A stretch of 43,450 nucleotides of DNA from a virus (lineage: Duplodnaviria; Caudoviricetes), in IMG/VR virus record IMGVR_UViG_3300017747_002738, positions 1 to 43,450 of that record, one strand, 5' to 3'. Made by a program: the position numbers and the translations under genes. How positions within the stretch are numbered: position 1 is the stretch's first letter; each line of letters begins with the position of its first letter. This document shows, one piece after another, positions 18,057 through 25,564 of this stretch. The notes beneath the pieces are model-generated. The model saw only the letters and a program-made list of their open reading frames with translations, was not told the origin of the DNA and searched no databases.

Positions 18057-18275
18057 TTACTTCGCGCACTCGGCGCAATCCCGATACACCTTGGCCGCGC
18101 CGGAATGGTCCGGGAACGGCTCTTTGCTCCGCTCTTTTCCGCGGTGCCAGTGTCGGCATATGGCGCAGTATGACGGTTCCTTGCGCGAAGCTGAGCAGCA
18201 CACAAAGCAGGCTGCGGTTGAGATTATCGCGGCGATGAAGATTAGCGTCGCGGGAAGTAGGTAGATTTCGTTCAT
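18057..18275 (-). CDS. Small membrane protein with Cys pairs
   Basis: N-terminal TM helix; CAIC and CAEC. Confidence 0.55.
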   Translation of the reverse strand: MNEIYLLPATLIFIAAIISTAACFVCCSASRKEPSYCAICRHWHRGKERSKEPFPDHSGAAKVYRDCAECAK

Positions 18276-18302
18276 AGGCTTGGTTTAATGGTTTTCCTGA
18301 TT

Positions 18303-18506
18303 TTACTTGCACGCTGCCGCCGTGGTTATCTGCCGATGCGCCTCGCTGGCCGTCCGGCGCTTGAAGCCTCGGCGCTCTTCCCATTTCGCGAACTGGCGAA
18401 GGAACATCTTGAGCGTTCCGCTTCGCGGGGCGAGAGACTCAGTCTCTGAGCTTGCGACCAGATACGTCGTGTGCCTGGTCTTAACTTCTCCGTTTTCGTC
18501 GATCAT
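18303..18506 (-). CDS. Hypothetical protein
   Basis: 67 aa ORF coupled to the upstream gene. Confidence 0.5.
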   Translation of the reverse strand: MIDENGEVKTRHTTYLVASSETESLAPRSGTLKMFLRQFAKWEERRGFKRRTASEAHRQITTAAACK

Positions 18507-19489
18507 GCTCGGTGTGTGCCGGTAAGGCTTTGAAGTTTTGATGAATCTGATTTTAAGGCCGACAAAATCGAAAGATTCCCGTTCTCCTGTTTCTCTTTTA
18601 AAGGGTCGCGTCTGGTCGCTTCCGTGAATGGCTCCACTGCGGGGGGCTCGCTCATGGATGCCACCTTAACGGAGGATCGATTTTTTCCTGTCGCAAATGC
18701 GTTCCACCAGGCGATACAAGTTGAATACGCCACAAAGTGGACGTTCCTAGAGTTGTTTGCTGCCATGTTGCGGGTCAAAGTCTCGCGAAGCTTGTAGCAT
18801 GGATGGTCTTTGGATTTTATCCCAACTCCGTCTCCTACTAGCCTCCAAAACTCGCTGGCCGCGCTTTTGGACTTCCTGTAAGTGGCAATCATGGCGGCGA
18901 CCACTCCAACCTTTAACAGATGATCGTGCTCAGAGAATGACGCCACCCACGCAACTTCGTCGGGGTGTTCGTCGATTGCGGTCACTTTGATGGTTTTGTC
19001 CGATATTGAATGAAGCCCGAAAAACGGCTTTTCTTTTTCTCCGATAATGACGAGCGCCGAACCGCACGAGGAAAGCACGCGAAGTGGCAGTGTCCTTAAT
19101 GCTTCATCTTTCAGGAATCCGCGCGCGCCCCTTATGATTTGCCCCTGGGTGCGCGTTGCGTGAACGTCGAACGTAGCGAACAGTTTGTAGAAATCGCTTT
19201 CAGTCTCGCAGTGGTAATGAGTGACGATGCACTTAAACGGTTTTCCGTGCATCACAATTGCGTAGCATGTGTGCTGCCCGTTCATCAGGTATTTGACCCC
19301 GTTCGGGCCGGTCGCGATGTCGATGGGTGCGATCCTCATGCGTCCATCATTCATCCAGTCGGCATAAAGCCGAGATTTAGAAACCTTGTGAGGCCTCTGA
19401 CCTGGGAAATTATTAATTGAAAGAAACTTTTCTTCAGCTTCCCTCGGTGTCACTTCGCGGATTGATGGTTGGTTGGTTTGCTTATACAT
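18503..19489 (-). CDS. ParB/Srx-like (DGQHR-type) domain protein
   Basis: NFPGQRP...LYADWMNDGRM...LMNGQHTCYAI...FD...RT. Confidence 0.65.
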   Translation of the reverse strand: MYKQTNQPSIREVTPREAEEKFLSINNFPGQRPHKVSKSRLYADWMNDGRMRIAPIDIATGPNGVKYLMNGQHTCYAIVMHGKPFKCIVTHYHCETESDFYKLFATFDVHATRTQGQIIRGARGFLKDEALRTLPLRVLSSCGSALVIIGEKEKPFFGLHSISDKTIKVTAIDEHPDEVAWVASFSEHDHLLKVGVVAAMIATYRKSKSAASEFWRLVGDGVGIKSKDHPCYKLRETLTRNMAANNSRNVHFVAYSTCIAWWNAFATGKNRSSVKVASMSEPPAVEPFTEATRRDPLKEKQENGNLSILSALKSDSSKLQSLTGTHRA

Positions 19490-19491
19490 AT

Positions 19492-20151
19492 TTATTCGAT
19501 GTTGTTGATTATTTTTTCCAGTTTTTTGCAGAGCTTGGTTGCGGCTTCACGTGCCGGAATAATGTGGTCGTAGTCCACAACAAGCCCTTCCATTGCATCG
19601 ATTGCTTCGGTCGCTTGTCCACACAAATCTCGAAATTGTTTCCAGTGTTCGTATGAGCCTTTGCGGCGTGGTTCTGGTTTCGGAGATTTCGTTTCACGCG
19701 CTTCGACAATTGTTGTCTCGCCTGACCGGACCTTCTCTTTTTCCTCCGGCGGAAGCGCGGCAAACTCCTTGCCGATGCGATTGATTTTCGATGCTGTTGT
19801 TTCGCCTTCCAAAACCGCCTCTTTCCACACTGTGGCTTGATCTTCGGGTGCGAGTTTGGCCAGTTCTCGGGTTTGAGATTCCTTTTCAGGAAGAGTGTCC
19901 AATTGGACACTTTCTTTTAGGTTTGCGATAACGTTCGCTGAGTCGCAAAGGCGGTAAGCTTGCTTCCAACTCATCTCCCATTTCTGTGACACGTATTCCT
20001 TGAACGTCCGAAACTCCGCGCGATAAAGCTTCCGGTCACGAATCGCGATTAGCGCCCGTCCCGCCGCCTCCATCTCGTTCAGGCTGGATCGGATTGTGAA
20101 CTCAAGTTCCTCCAATTCCGCCGACTCTTGCTTTGTGAGTGACTCGATCAT
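19492..20151 (-). CDS. Helical DNA-binding phage protein
   Basis: GRALIAIRDRKLYR...TFKEYV...W...AYRL...ESQTRELAKL. Confidence 0.7.
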   Translation of the reverse strand: MIESLTKQESAELEELEFTIRSSLNEMEAAGRALIAIRDRKLYRAEFRTFKEYVSQKWEMSWKQAYRLCDSANVIANLKESVQLDTLPEKESQTRELAKLAPEDQATVWKEAVLEGETTASKINRIGKEFAALPPEEKEKVRSGETTIVEARETKSPKPEPRRKGSYEHWKQFRDLCGQATEAIDAMEGLVVDYDHIIPAREAATKLCKKLEKIINNIE

Positions 20152-20354
20152 CCAACCCTCCTTGCATCCCGAATGAGTTGCGCCGGGGACTGGATGCCAA
20201 GCTCACGGACGGCGCGCGTGATGCGCTTCAAATGCGCCACGTCGGCCCCCACGCTTTCGGGAGCGAAGCGCCGGTCCAAGGACACCAACTTGAGCAACCG
20301 AGCTGCGCTGCTGGCCAAAGCGGCGTAGCAAATGCATTTGGCGTCATTGCTCAC
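20148..20354 (-). CDS. Hypothetical protein
   Basis: 68 aa from a GTG start overlapping the stop of the RHH gene. Confidence 0.45.
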   Translation of the reverse strand: MSNDAKCICYAALASSAARLLKLVSLDRRFAPESVGADVAHLKRITRAVRELGIQSPAQLIRDARRVG

Positions 20355-20488
20355 TTCGCGCCTCCGATCCATGCCGCGATTGCCACGGCGACCGCTTCCT
20401 TGATTTTCACCGCGCGCTTGGCGCACTCCAGTTTCAGCCGCCGATGAAGCGCATCGGGAAGCGAGATTGTTTTGTTGTCAGGTTTCAT
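20351..20488 (-). CDS. Ribbon-helix-helix regulator (45 aa, not in ORF track)
   Basis: My translation: MKPDNKTISLPDALHRRLKLECAKRAVKIKEAVAVAIAAWIGGAK; CopG/ParG/Arc-type pattern. Confidence 0.75.
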   Translation of the reverse strand: MKPDNKTISLPDALHRRLKLECAKRAVKIKEAVAVAIAAWIGGAK

Positions 20489-20511
20489 CTGAATTTTGTT
20501 TCGTGGTTCAA

Positions 20512-20560
20512 TGAGTATCGAATGTTTTTATGTTTTGCAAGGAAAATGTTTTATTGTTTT
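20512..20560 (-). promoter_or_regulatory. Probable promoter with AAAACA(T/A) operator repeats
   Basis: AT-rich; TTGCAA at 20535-20540 followed by GATACT/TACTCA; repeats begin at + strand 20522, 20530, 20546 and 20554. Confidence 0.55.
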
Positions 20561-20859
20561 TACTCGTCATTCCAGCATTGGCAGGAACCGAATCGCTTTT
20601 CATCGGAGCCGCAGTGTCGGCAAAATCCGAGTGCTTCAATGAACCGGAGACGCTCCGAGTCGAACATCGGCAACAGCATCTCTCGCATCCCGCTTGGTTC
20701 CTTCAGCCGCTCGATCTCCGCCTCGGCTGCGATGACTCTGGCGCTCATGCGTTGCGTGTCCTTCCATGCCTTGTCTCGTTCGTCCGTCACGATTGCGAGT
20801 TGCGCCCGCAGGCTTTCGATCTCGTCTTGCTCGTCCATTATCAGTGTTTTGATTTTCAT
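20560..20859 (-). CDS. Coiled-coil protein with C-terminal Cys motif
   Basis: From MKIKTLI; ends FCRHCG...CQCWNDE. Confidence 0.65.
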   Translation of the reverse strand: MKIKTLIMDEQDEIESLRAQLAIVTDERDKAWKDTQRMSARVIAAEAEIERLKEPSGMREMLLPMFDSERLRFIEALGFCRHCGSDEKRFGSCQCWNDE

Positions 20860-21029
20860 TTCGCTTCCTTTCCTTTGATTTGTCCCGCCGGATTCTGCCT
20901 TTCGCGCCAGCGGCGCCAGCGTTCGTTGACGGCTGCGCGGGCTTGTTCCGGCGTGCGGGCTTTCGCCGCGCCTCGGCCTTTGCGGCCCATCTCGGACATC
21001 CATGCGCGGACTTCGGGGGGTGGTTTCAT
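20856..21029 (-). CDS. Small basic protein (KGG-like), possible DNA binder
   Basis: MSEMGRKGRGAAKARTPEQARAAVNERW. Confidence 0.65.
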   Translation of the reverse strand: MKPPPEVRAWMSEMGRKGRGAAKARTPEQARAAVNERWRRWRERQNPAGQIKGKEAK

Positions 21030-21274
21030 TTCGTGATTTGAACAGTGAATTGAATGTTGCTGCCCGATGTTTCGTGTTGTCCTGTTTTGTAGCCGATGAA
21101 AGCGGAGTATTCCGCAAGCGACCCGTCCTGCGAGTGCGATTGCTGCGTGCACGTCCGGCTGTATGCCGACCGTCCATATTTTCGGCGCGCGGCGCGATTG
21201 GCAAAAATCTCAGCGGCTTCTTTCATGCTTTCGGCCTGAACGTTTCGGAATCCGCTGCTTGTGTAGTTTTTCAT
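21026..21274 (-). CDS. Early hypothetical protein
   Basis: 82 aa from MKNYTSSGF; A-rich leader. Confidence 0.65.
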   Translation of the reverse strand: MKNYTSSGFRNVQAESMKEAAEIFANRAARRKYGRSAYSRTCTQQSHSQDGSLAEYSAFIGYKTGQHETSGSNIQFTVQITK

Positions 21275-21342
21275 TTTGTTTTCTTTCCCGAGCGTCCTCG
21301 CCCGCCTCACCCCTCTGCGAAGGGGTGGCGCGGATTAGGGAT

Positions 21343-21642
21343 TCAGTTGCCGTCTGCTGCGGCATTTTCTTCACCGGCCTTATCGTAGCAGGCCGCGCAA
21401 TATTCGCCTTCCATCTCTCCAGCCTTCGAAACCGCGCCACATGAGCAACGGACCATGATGTCCCTCATCCATGCGTCACGCCCCGTCGCAAGGCCGAGCA
21501 ATTCCACCGGAACAAATCTAGTGTTGAATGTCGTGGTGATCTTGGCCGCGCGTTGGCCCTTGGAATTCCGGACGATGGAGACGGTTCGCGCTCCGAATGT
21601 CTGGCCTGCTGTCGTTTGGTTCGCTGCTGTTGTTGTATTCAT
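21343..21642 (-). CDS. First early gene, hypothetical with Cys pairs
   Basis: 99 aa from MNTTTAANQ, directly after the sigma70-type promoter; CSC and CAAC. Confidence 0.65.
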   Translation of the reverse strand: MNTTTAANQTTAGQTFGARTVSIVRNSKGQRAAKITTTFNTRFVPVELLGLATGRDAWMRDIMVRCSCGAVSKAGEMEGEYCAACYDKAGEENAAADGN

Positions 21643-21651
21643 CTTGGTTAA

Positions 21652-21680
21652 ACCATACACAGCCGTTGCGAACAACACAA
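21652..21680 (-). promoter_or_regulatory. Sigma70-type early promoter
   Basis: TTGTGT-17 nt-TATGGT with extended -10 TG and an AT-rich upstream region; ATG 9 nt downstream. Confidence 0.65.
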
Positions 21681-21881
21681 GAAAAATCTTCAAATTATTT
21701 TTTGGGGCGGGATTTTGTCAGGAAAAGACCCCTAAATTTCTGACAGGAAATTACCGTTTCAACCGCCACCGCGGAGACGGCGCGAGCCTGCCTGCGGCGT
21801 CAATCAGTTTGAAGATTTTGCGCTCAGCTTTCCCGGCGGCAACACTTGCTTGGGCATGTCGTTGGAATCACTAGCAAAAGC

Positions 21882-22100
21882 TCAGTCATGGTTCGGCGGC
21901 TTGTGTTCGGCCAGCAGCTTGCGCAACTCCATCGACCGGCCCTCGGTATGATCCACCAGCACAAGGAACGCCGCAATAAATGCGCTCAGGTCGTGCTCGC
22001 CTTTGCACGGCACCCACTTCTCCGGGTCGAACTCCTTTCGGAGATAGTTCCCATCGCCGTTGCGGTATTCCGCGACGAGCCTGAGCCGTGTAGCAGCCAT
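21882..22100 (-). CDS. Hypothetical protein
   Basis: 72 aa ORF after the spanins. Confidence 0.55.
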   Translation of the reverse strand: MAATRLRLVAEYRNGDGNYLRKEFDPEKWVPCKGEHDLSAFIAAFLVLVDHTEGRSMELRKLLAEHKPPNHD

Positions 22101-22106
22101 TTTGGT

Positions 22107-22310
22107 TTATTGGTTAATCTTCCGACCAAGTTCTTCATTCAAATCGATCCAGAGCGCATCTGGAATGAACTGGCCGTCCACGGGAGCCGTGAACGGTTTG
22201 CCAGCCTTAACTCTTTGGATCGCCCGGTCGCTTGGAATCACGCGCGGCGCGACGCATCCGGAGAGTAGCAAGAGCATCGTTAACCCGAACAGAAGCACTG
22301 GCCGAATCAT
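22107..22310 (-). CDS. Outer-membrane spanin (Rz1-like lipoprotein)
   Basis: MIRPVLLFGLTMLLLLSG-C lipobox; overlaps the 3' part of the i-spanin gene in another frame. Confidence 0.7.
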   Translation of the reverse strand: MIRPVLLFGLTMLLLLSGCVAPRVIPSDRAIQRVKAGKPFTAPVDGQFIPDALWIDLNEELGRKINQ

Positions 22311-22452
22311 CGCTGTCGATTTCCTTTTCGACTTTGCGCATCCAATCGGCTTGCTTGTGCTCGGGTTCATCGTGCTTTGTTGCGCGCCGCTTCCATGCCC
22401 AAATGAGCGCAGGAAGCAACGCGGCGATAATGGTTAGGATTGTGGCGGTCAC
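22207..22452 (-). CDS. Inner-membrane spanin (Rz-like)
   Basis: N-terminal TM helix and helical soluble part; overlapped by the lipoprotein gene. Confidence 0.6.
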   Translation of the reverse strand: MTATILTIIAALLPALIWAWKRRATKHDEPEHKQADWMRKVEKEIDSDDSASASVRVNDALATLRMRRAARDSKRPGDPKS

Positions 22453-22646
22453 TTCACGCCAGCTTGTTCGCTCGAAACGTTGTTATCGCGCGCGAACAGC
22501 CCCATGACGCCAGCCGACACAATCGCAATCAGTGAGCCCCAATCTGGATTCGTCGCCGGGTTGTTATCCAGCAAAAGCGGGATGGCGTTGCCGATTGCGG
22601 TGACGATTGCGGTAATTCCAAGGACTGATGTTTTCCAGCTTTTCAT
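22449..22646 (-). CDS. Holin
   Basis: 65 aa, MKSWKTSVLG, two TM helices, GLFARD. Confidence 0.75.
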   Translation of the reverse strand: MKSWKTSVLGITAIVTAIGNAIPLLLDNNPATNPDWGSLIAIVSAGVMGLFARDNNVSSEQAGVK

Positions 22647-22650
22647 AAAT

Positions 22651-22890
22651 TTACTCCCGATTTAAAACGTGTTCCTTCAGAATCTTCATGTCGGTTCGAA
22701 GCTCCACTAGAATATCGTGGTCGCTCACGGTTTTTGCTTCAATCTTCTCAAGCTTGATCGCGGTCGCTTCAACTTGGGACTTGAGCAACTCCAGCGAGGT
22801 ATAGTAAAGCGCGATGGCGACGACGAGCGTAATAATCGCCTTTAGGTTCCCGCCGTTCTTTGTCAAAAATCGCGTTACGGACTCGCTCAT
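22651..22890 (-). CDS. Single-TM coiled-coil protein of the lysis cassette (holin/antiholin-like)
   Basis: AIITLVVAIALYY TM helix followed by a coiled coil. Confidence 0.6.
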   Translation of the reverse strand: MSESVTRFLTKNGGNLKAIITLVVAIALYYTSLELLKSQVEATAIKLEKIEAKTVSDHDILVELRTDMKILKEHVLNRE

Positions 22891-22897
22891 AAATCAT

Positions 22898-24541
22898 CTA
22901 TTGAATTCCGATCCCGCCTGAAAATATAATGCCGCCGCTCGCCTGAACCGTCGAAACATAGACGGCTTGAAACGTCTGCCCGCTTTCAACTGTTGGCGTG
23001 ATCGCAAGATCCGTGCTGTAGGTTTCGCCGTTGAGCTTCCATTGCTCAAATGGCAATCCGGAATACGTTGCTGGCGCTGTGAGCGTGATCGGCATTTGAT
23101 CGATGTAAAGATTCACTCCCGGAGTCGTCACGCTTAGGACGCTGTTCAGGTCTGCGGTCGTTGTGATGGTGGCCCCCATCGGAAGGCTTGTTATTGTCAC
23201 GTTGTGATCCGCGCCGACTCGCAGCGGATGCGGATATGATAGCGGTGTCCATCCCGGCCTCGGCGTGTTGTCGAAATAATCGCGGCCAGAGACGATGTAG
23301 TTCGTCGAATTTGGGATGTATGCGTAATCGCCAGTGTTGACGTAAGGCGTGGCATTCAGGAATGGCAATCCCAATACGCCGTCCATGTAATTCTCCCACG
23401 CGTAAAGCGGATTGTGCGTCTGCGTGACGTTCGTTGTCCCAAAGATCGTCGGCGGCCCCATGCCCATCTGGTCCATTGCTGGATAGCCGGTTGCATCCTC
23501 GCCTCCTACGTAGTATTCGCCCGGCGCGGCTGGGCCGAACGGATTGCAGCAAGGAATAAGAAAACCGGAACTATTGGTTGTTGTGTAGTAAATGTTCGTG
23601 CCTGAGTTCCGGTAATTGTCGATGCGGATGAAGTTCTGCGGAGTGTCAGCCACATGCACCACCGTGTTGCTTGCGAACAAGCCAGAACCGCCACGGAACG
23701 AAAACGGAAACACGTTGTTGTTGTTCGTCCAGTTGTTGCCGTAAAGTTCATACCAGACTGTCCCGCGATTCGCGCCCGAGGAGTCGGTTCCATGAGCCCC
23801 GAAGCTTAGGTTTGTTCCAGTGAAGAAACGCGCCGCCCATCTCGCTCCCGCATAACTATCCACGGTTCCGTTCCCGCTACCTGTGTTTGGATACGTCGCA
23901 TAAATATCCTCCATAACGACCATGTTTGTCGTTCCTGGAGACAATGGGATCGTATCCCAAGATGGGAACATATTCGTCGCGTTTGCCGCGTTCGTGCTTG
24001 TGGTGTTAGCGTTTCCAAGTCCGTTGATTTGAAACATCTGGCCATTAACCGTGGAATCGATGCGGCAGTTGTCTGCTAAACTCATTGACCAACCGTTGAA
24101 GGTAATTCCGTCACGCAACAGCAAGTTCGTGATGATGATGTGATCCACGCGCGCAATGTTCGTGAACAAGTAATGGCTTAACCCAAAGTTACCGATTTGG
24201 ATGATCGATGAAGTTCCTCCTGTGGTTCCACCATCTATCACGCGAAAGTTGCTCAAGCGAACAAGATTCGTCGGCGTCCCGCTGAATTGAATCAAGGGCT
24301 CGTTGGCCGTCGTGGCGCGAGTGATGATTGTGTGGTAGCCAGCGCCGACAAGCGTGATCGCCTTGTTCGTGACCTTGAGGGAATTGGTCCAAGTCGCGGC
24401 CCCCACAGGAATAATCACCATGTCACCCGTCGAAGCCAAGTCGATAGCAGCCTTCACGTCGTCGCGCTCAACAGACGCCGCCGTGTAAACTGCTCCGAAG
24501 CAGTTCAGGCTTGCGAGAAAGATGACGAGTAAAAGTCTCAT
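22898..24541 (-). CDS. Secreted beta-helix-like protein with signal peptide
   Basis: MRLLLVIFLASLNCFG signal; DDVKAAIDLASTGDMVIIPVG beta-helix cap; WTPLSYPHPL; InlB-B-repeat-like C-terminal domain; ATGA coupling supports the start. Confidence 0.75.
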   Translation of the reverse strand: MRLLLVIFLASLNCFGAVYTAASVERDDVKAAIDLASTGDMVIIPVGAATWTNSLKVTNKAITLVGAGYHTIITRATTANEPLIQFSGTPTNLVRLSNFRVIDGGTTGGTSSIIQIGNFGLSHYLFTNIARVDHIIITNLLLRDGITFNGWSMSLADNCRIDSTVNGQMFQINGLGNANTTSTNAANATNMFPSWDTIPLSPGTTNMVVMEDIYATYPNTGSGNGTVDSYAGARWAARFFTGTNLSFGAHGTDSSGANRGTVWYELYGNNWTNNNNVFPFSFRGGSGLFASNTVVHVADTPQNFIRIDNYRNSGTNIYYTTTNSSGFLIPCCNPFGPAAPGEYYVGGEDATGYPAMDQMGMGPPTIFGTTNVTQTHNPLYAWENYMDGVLGLPFLNATPYVNTGDYAYIPNSTNYIVSGRDYFDNTPRPGWTPLSYPHPLRVGADHNVTITSLPMGATITTTADLNSVLSVTTPGVNLYIDQMPITLTAPATYSGLPFEQWKLNGETYSTDLAITPTVESGQTFQAVYVSTVQASGGIIFSGGIGIQ

Positions 24542-25404
24542 CGCACGGTGGCGTAAATGTGCTTCTGTGTCCAAGCAACCGTTGAGGCGGTGTTCGGAGT
24601 CACCGTGACCCCGAATGTAAGCGCTGCGGACGTGTCGATTGCAGCAGCCCCTCCAGCCACAATCTTTGCCATCAATGGAGTGAAAAATATCTGCGTCGTC
24701 AGCACTTGCGCGCTACCGATATTGAACCCGCCGCTCACCCATTGAGCCGAGGCGCTGTCCATGTTGCTTACTTCAAACTCAAGCTGGTAGGCGTATTTGA
24801 CATCTGCTGAGGCTTGTGTTGTGATGTTGTAAGTTCCGCCGTCAAACACAACGCTTCCCCCAAGGTAAAACTTTGGCCTGATTGTTATATTCCCCCCTGA
24901 ATGGTTCTCAAGGTATCCGACAGATCGGACGTAAAGCACTTTATTTGTTCCAAGAATCCCCGCCGTCAGAAGCGTCGTGTTGGTGTAAATGCTTGACTCA
25001 GATGTGGTATTTGTTATTAATCCGCTGGTTCCGCTGTATGCGCTCGGCCCTGAAGCTCCTGTCACGGTCGCATTGAACACAACGTTCGAGTTGAACACAA
25101 CTGGAATGCTGTTTGTCAGCTTAACGTCATTCGCGGCGTTCGTGATCGTGCCACCGACGGCCATTGTCACAAGCGCTGGCGAAACCCCGGAAAGCGTGAA
25201 GCTTGCGGCGGTGACTGCTCCGGTTGCGTTCAGGCTGTTTGCGCTAACCTGCCCTTGCACAAGCATATTTGTGCCTGAGATTATGGCCGCGTTTGTCGCA
25301 AGTAAACGGTTGGCAACACCGTTATATGCGGCGATTGCTCCAGTGGTTGCAGCCGTCGCGGTGTGCGCAAAAAGCAGCGTGATAAAAATGCAGATCGTTT
25401 TCAT
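24538..25404 (-). CDS. Fibre-like protein with signal peptide
   Basis: MKTICIFITLLFAHTATA signal; T/A/N/G-rich beta-type sequence; TAATG coupling. Confidence 0.75.
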   Translation of the reverse strand: MKTICIFITLLFAHTATAATTGAIAAYNGVANRLLATNAAIISGTNMLVQGQVSANSLNATGAVTAASFTLSGVSPALVTMAVGGTITNAANDVKLTNSIPVVFNSNVVFNATVTGASGPSAYSGTSGLITNTTSESSIYTNTTLLTAGILGTNKVLYVRSVGYLENHSGGNITIRPKFYLGGSVVFDGGTYNITTQASADVKYAYQLEFEVSNMDSASAQWVSGGFNIGSAQVLTTQIFFTPLMAKIVAGGAAAIDTSAALTFGVTVTPNTASTVAWTQKHIYATVR

Positions 25405-25553
25405 TATTCAGGATTCTCCCAAGGTTCGCCGGTTTCTGGATTGACCCATGGCTCTCCGGTCTCTGGATTGATCCACGCATCAGCGGGAACCGAATCTCCT
25501 GGAATCTGTCCAAAAGGGATTCCCATTCCAAGTCCTAAGCCAAGTCCAAACAT
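25404..25553 (-). CDS. 49 aa peptide with GLGLGLG N-terminus and WxNPE(TGEP) repeats (not in ORF track)
   Basis: My translation: MFGLGLGLGMGIPFGQIPGDSVPADAWINPETGEPWVNPETGEPWENPE; GGAG upstream; TAATG coupling to the next gene. Confidence 0.75.
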   Translation of the reverse strand: MFGLGLGLGMGIPFGQIPGDSVPADAWINPETGEPWVNPETGEPWENPE

Positions 25554-25564
25554 ATAGACTCCAT

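Noticed and set aside
21713-21750. Imperfect inverted repeat TGTCAG...CTGACA upstream of the early promoter
   Set aside because: Short and imperfect with no further clear copies; too weak to call an operator or terminator
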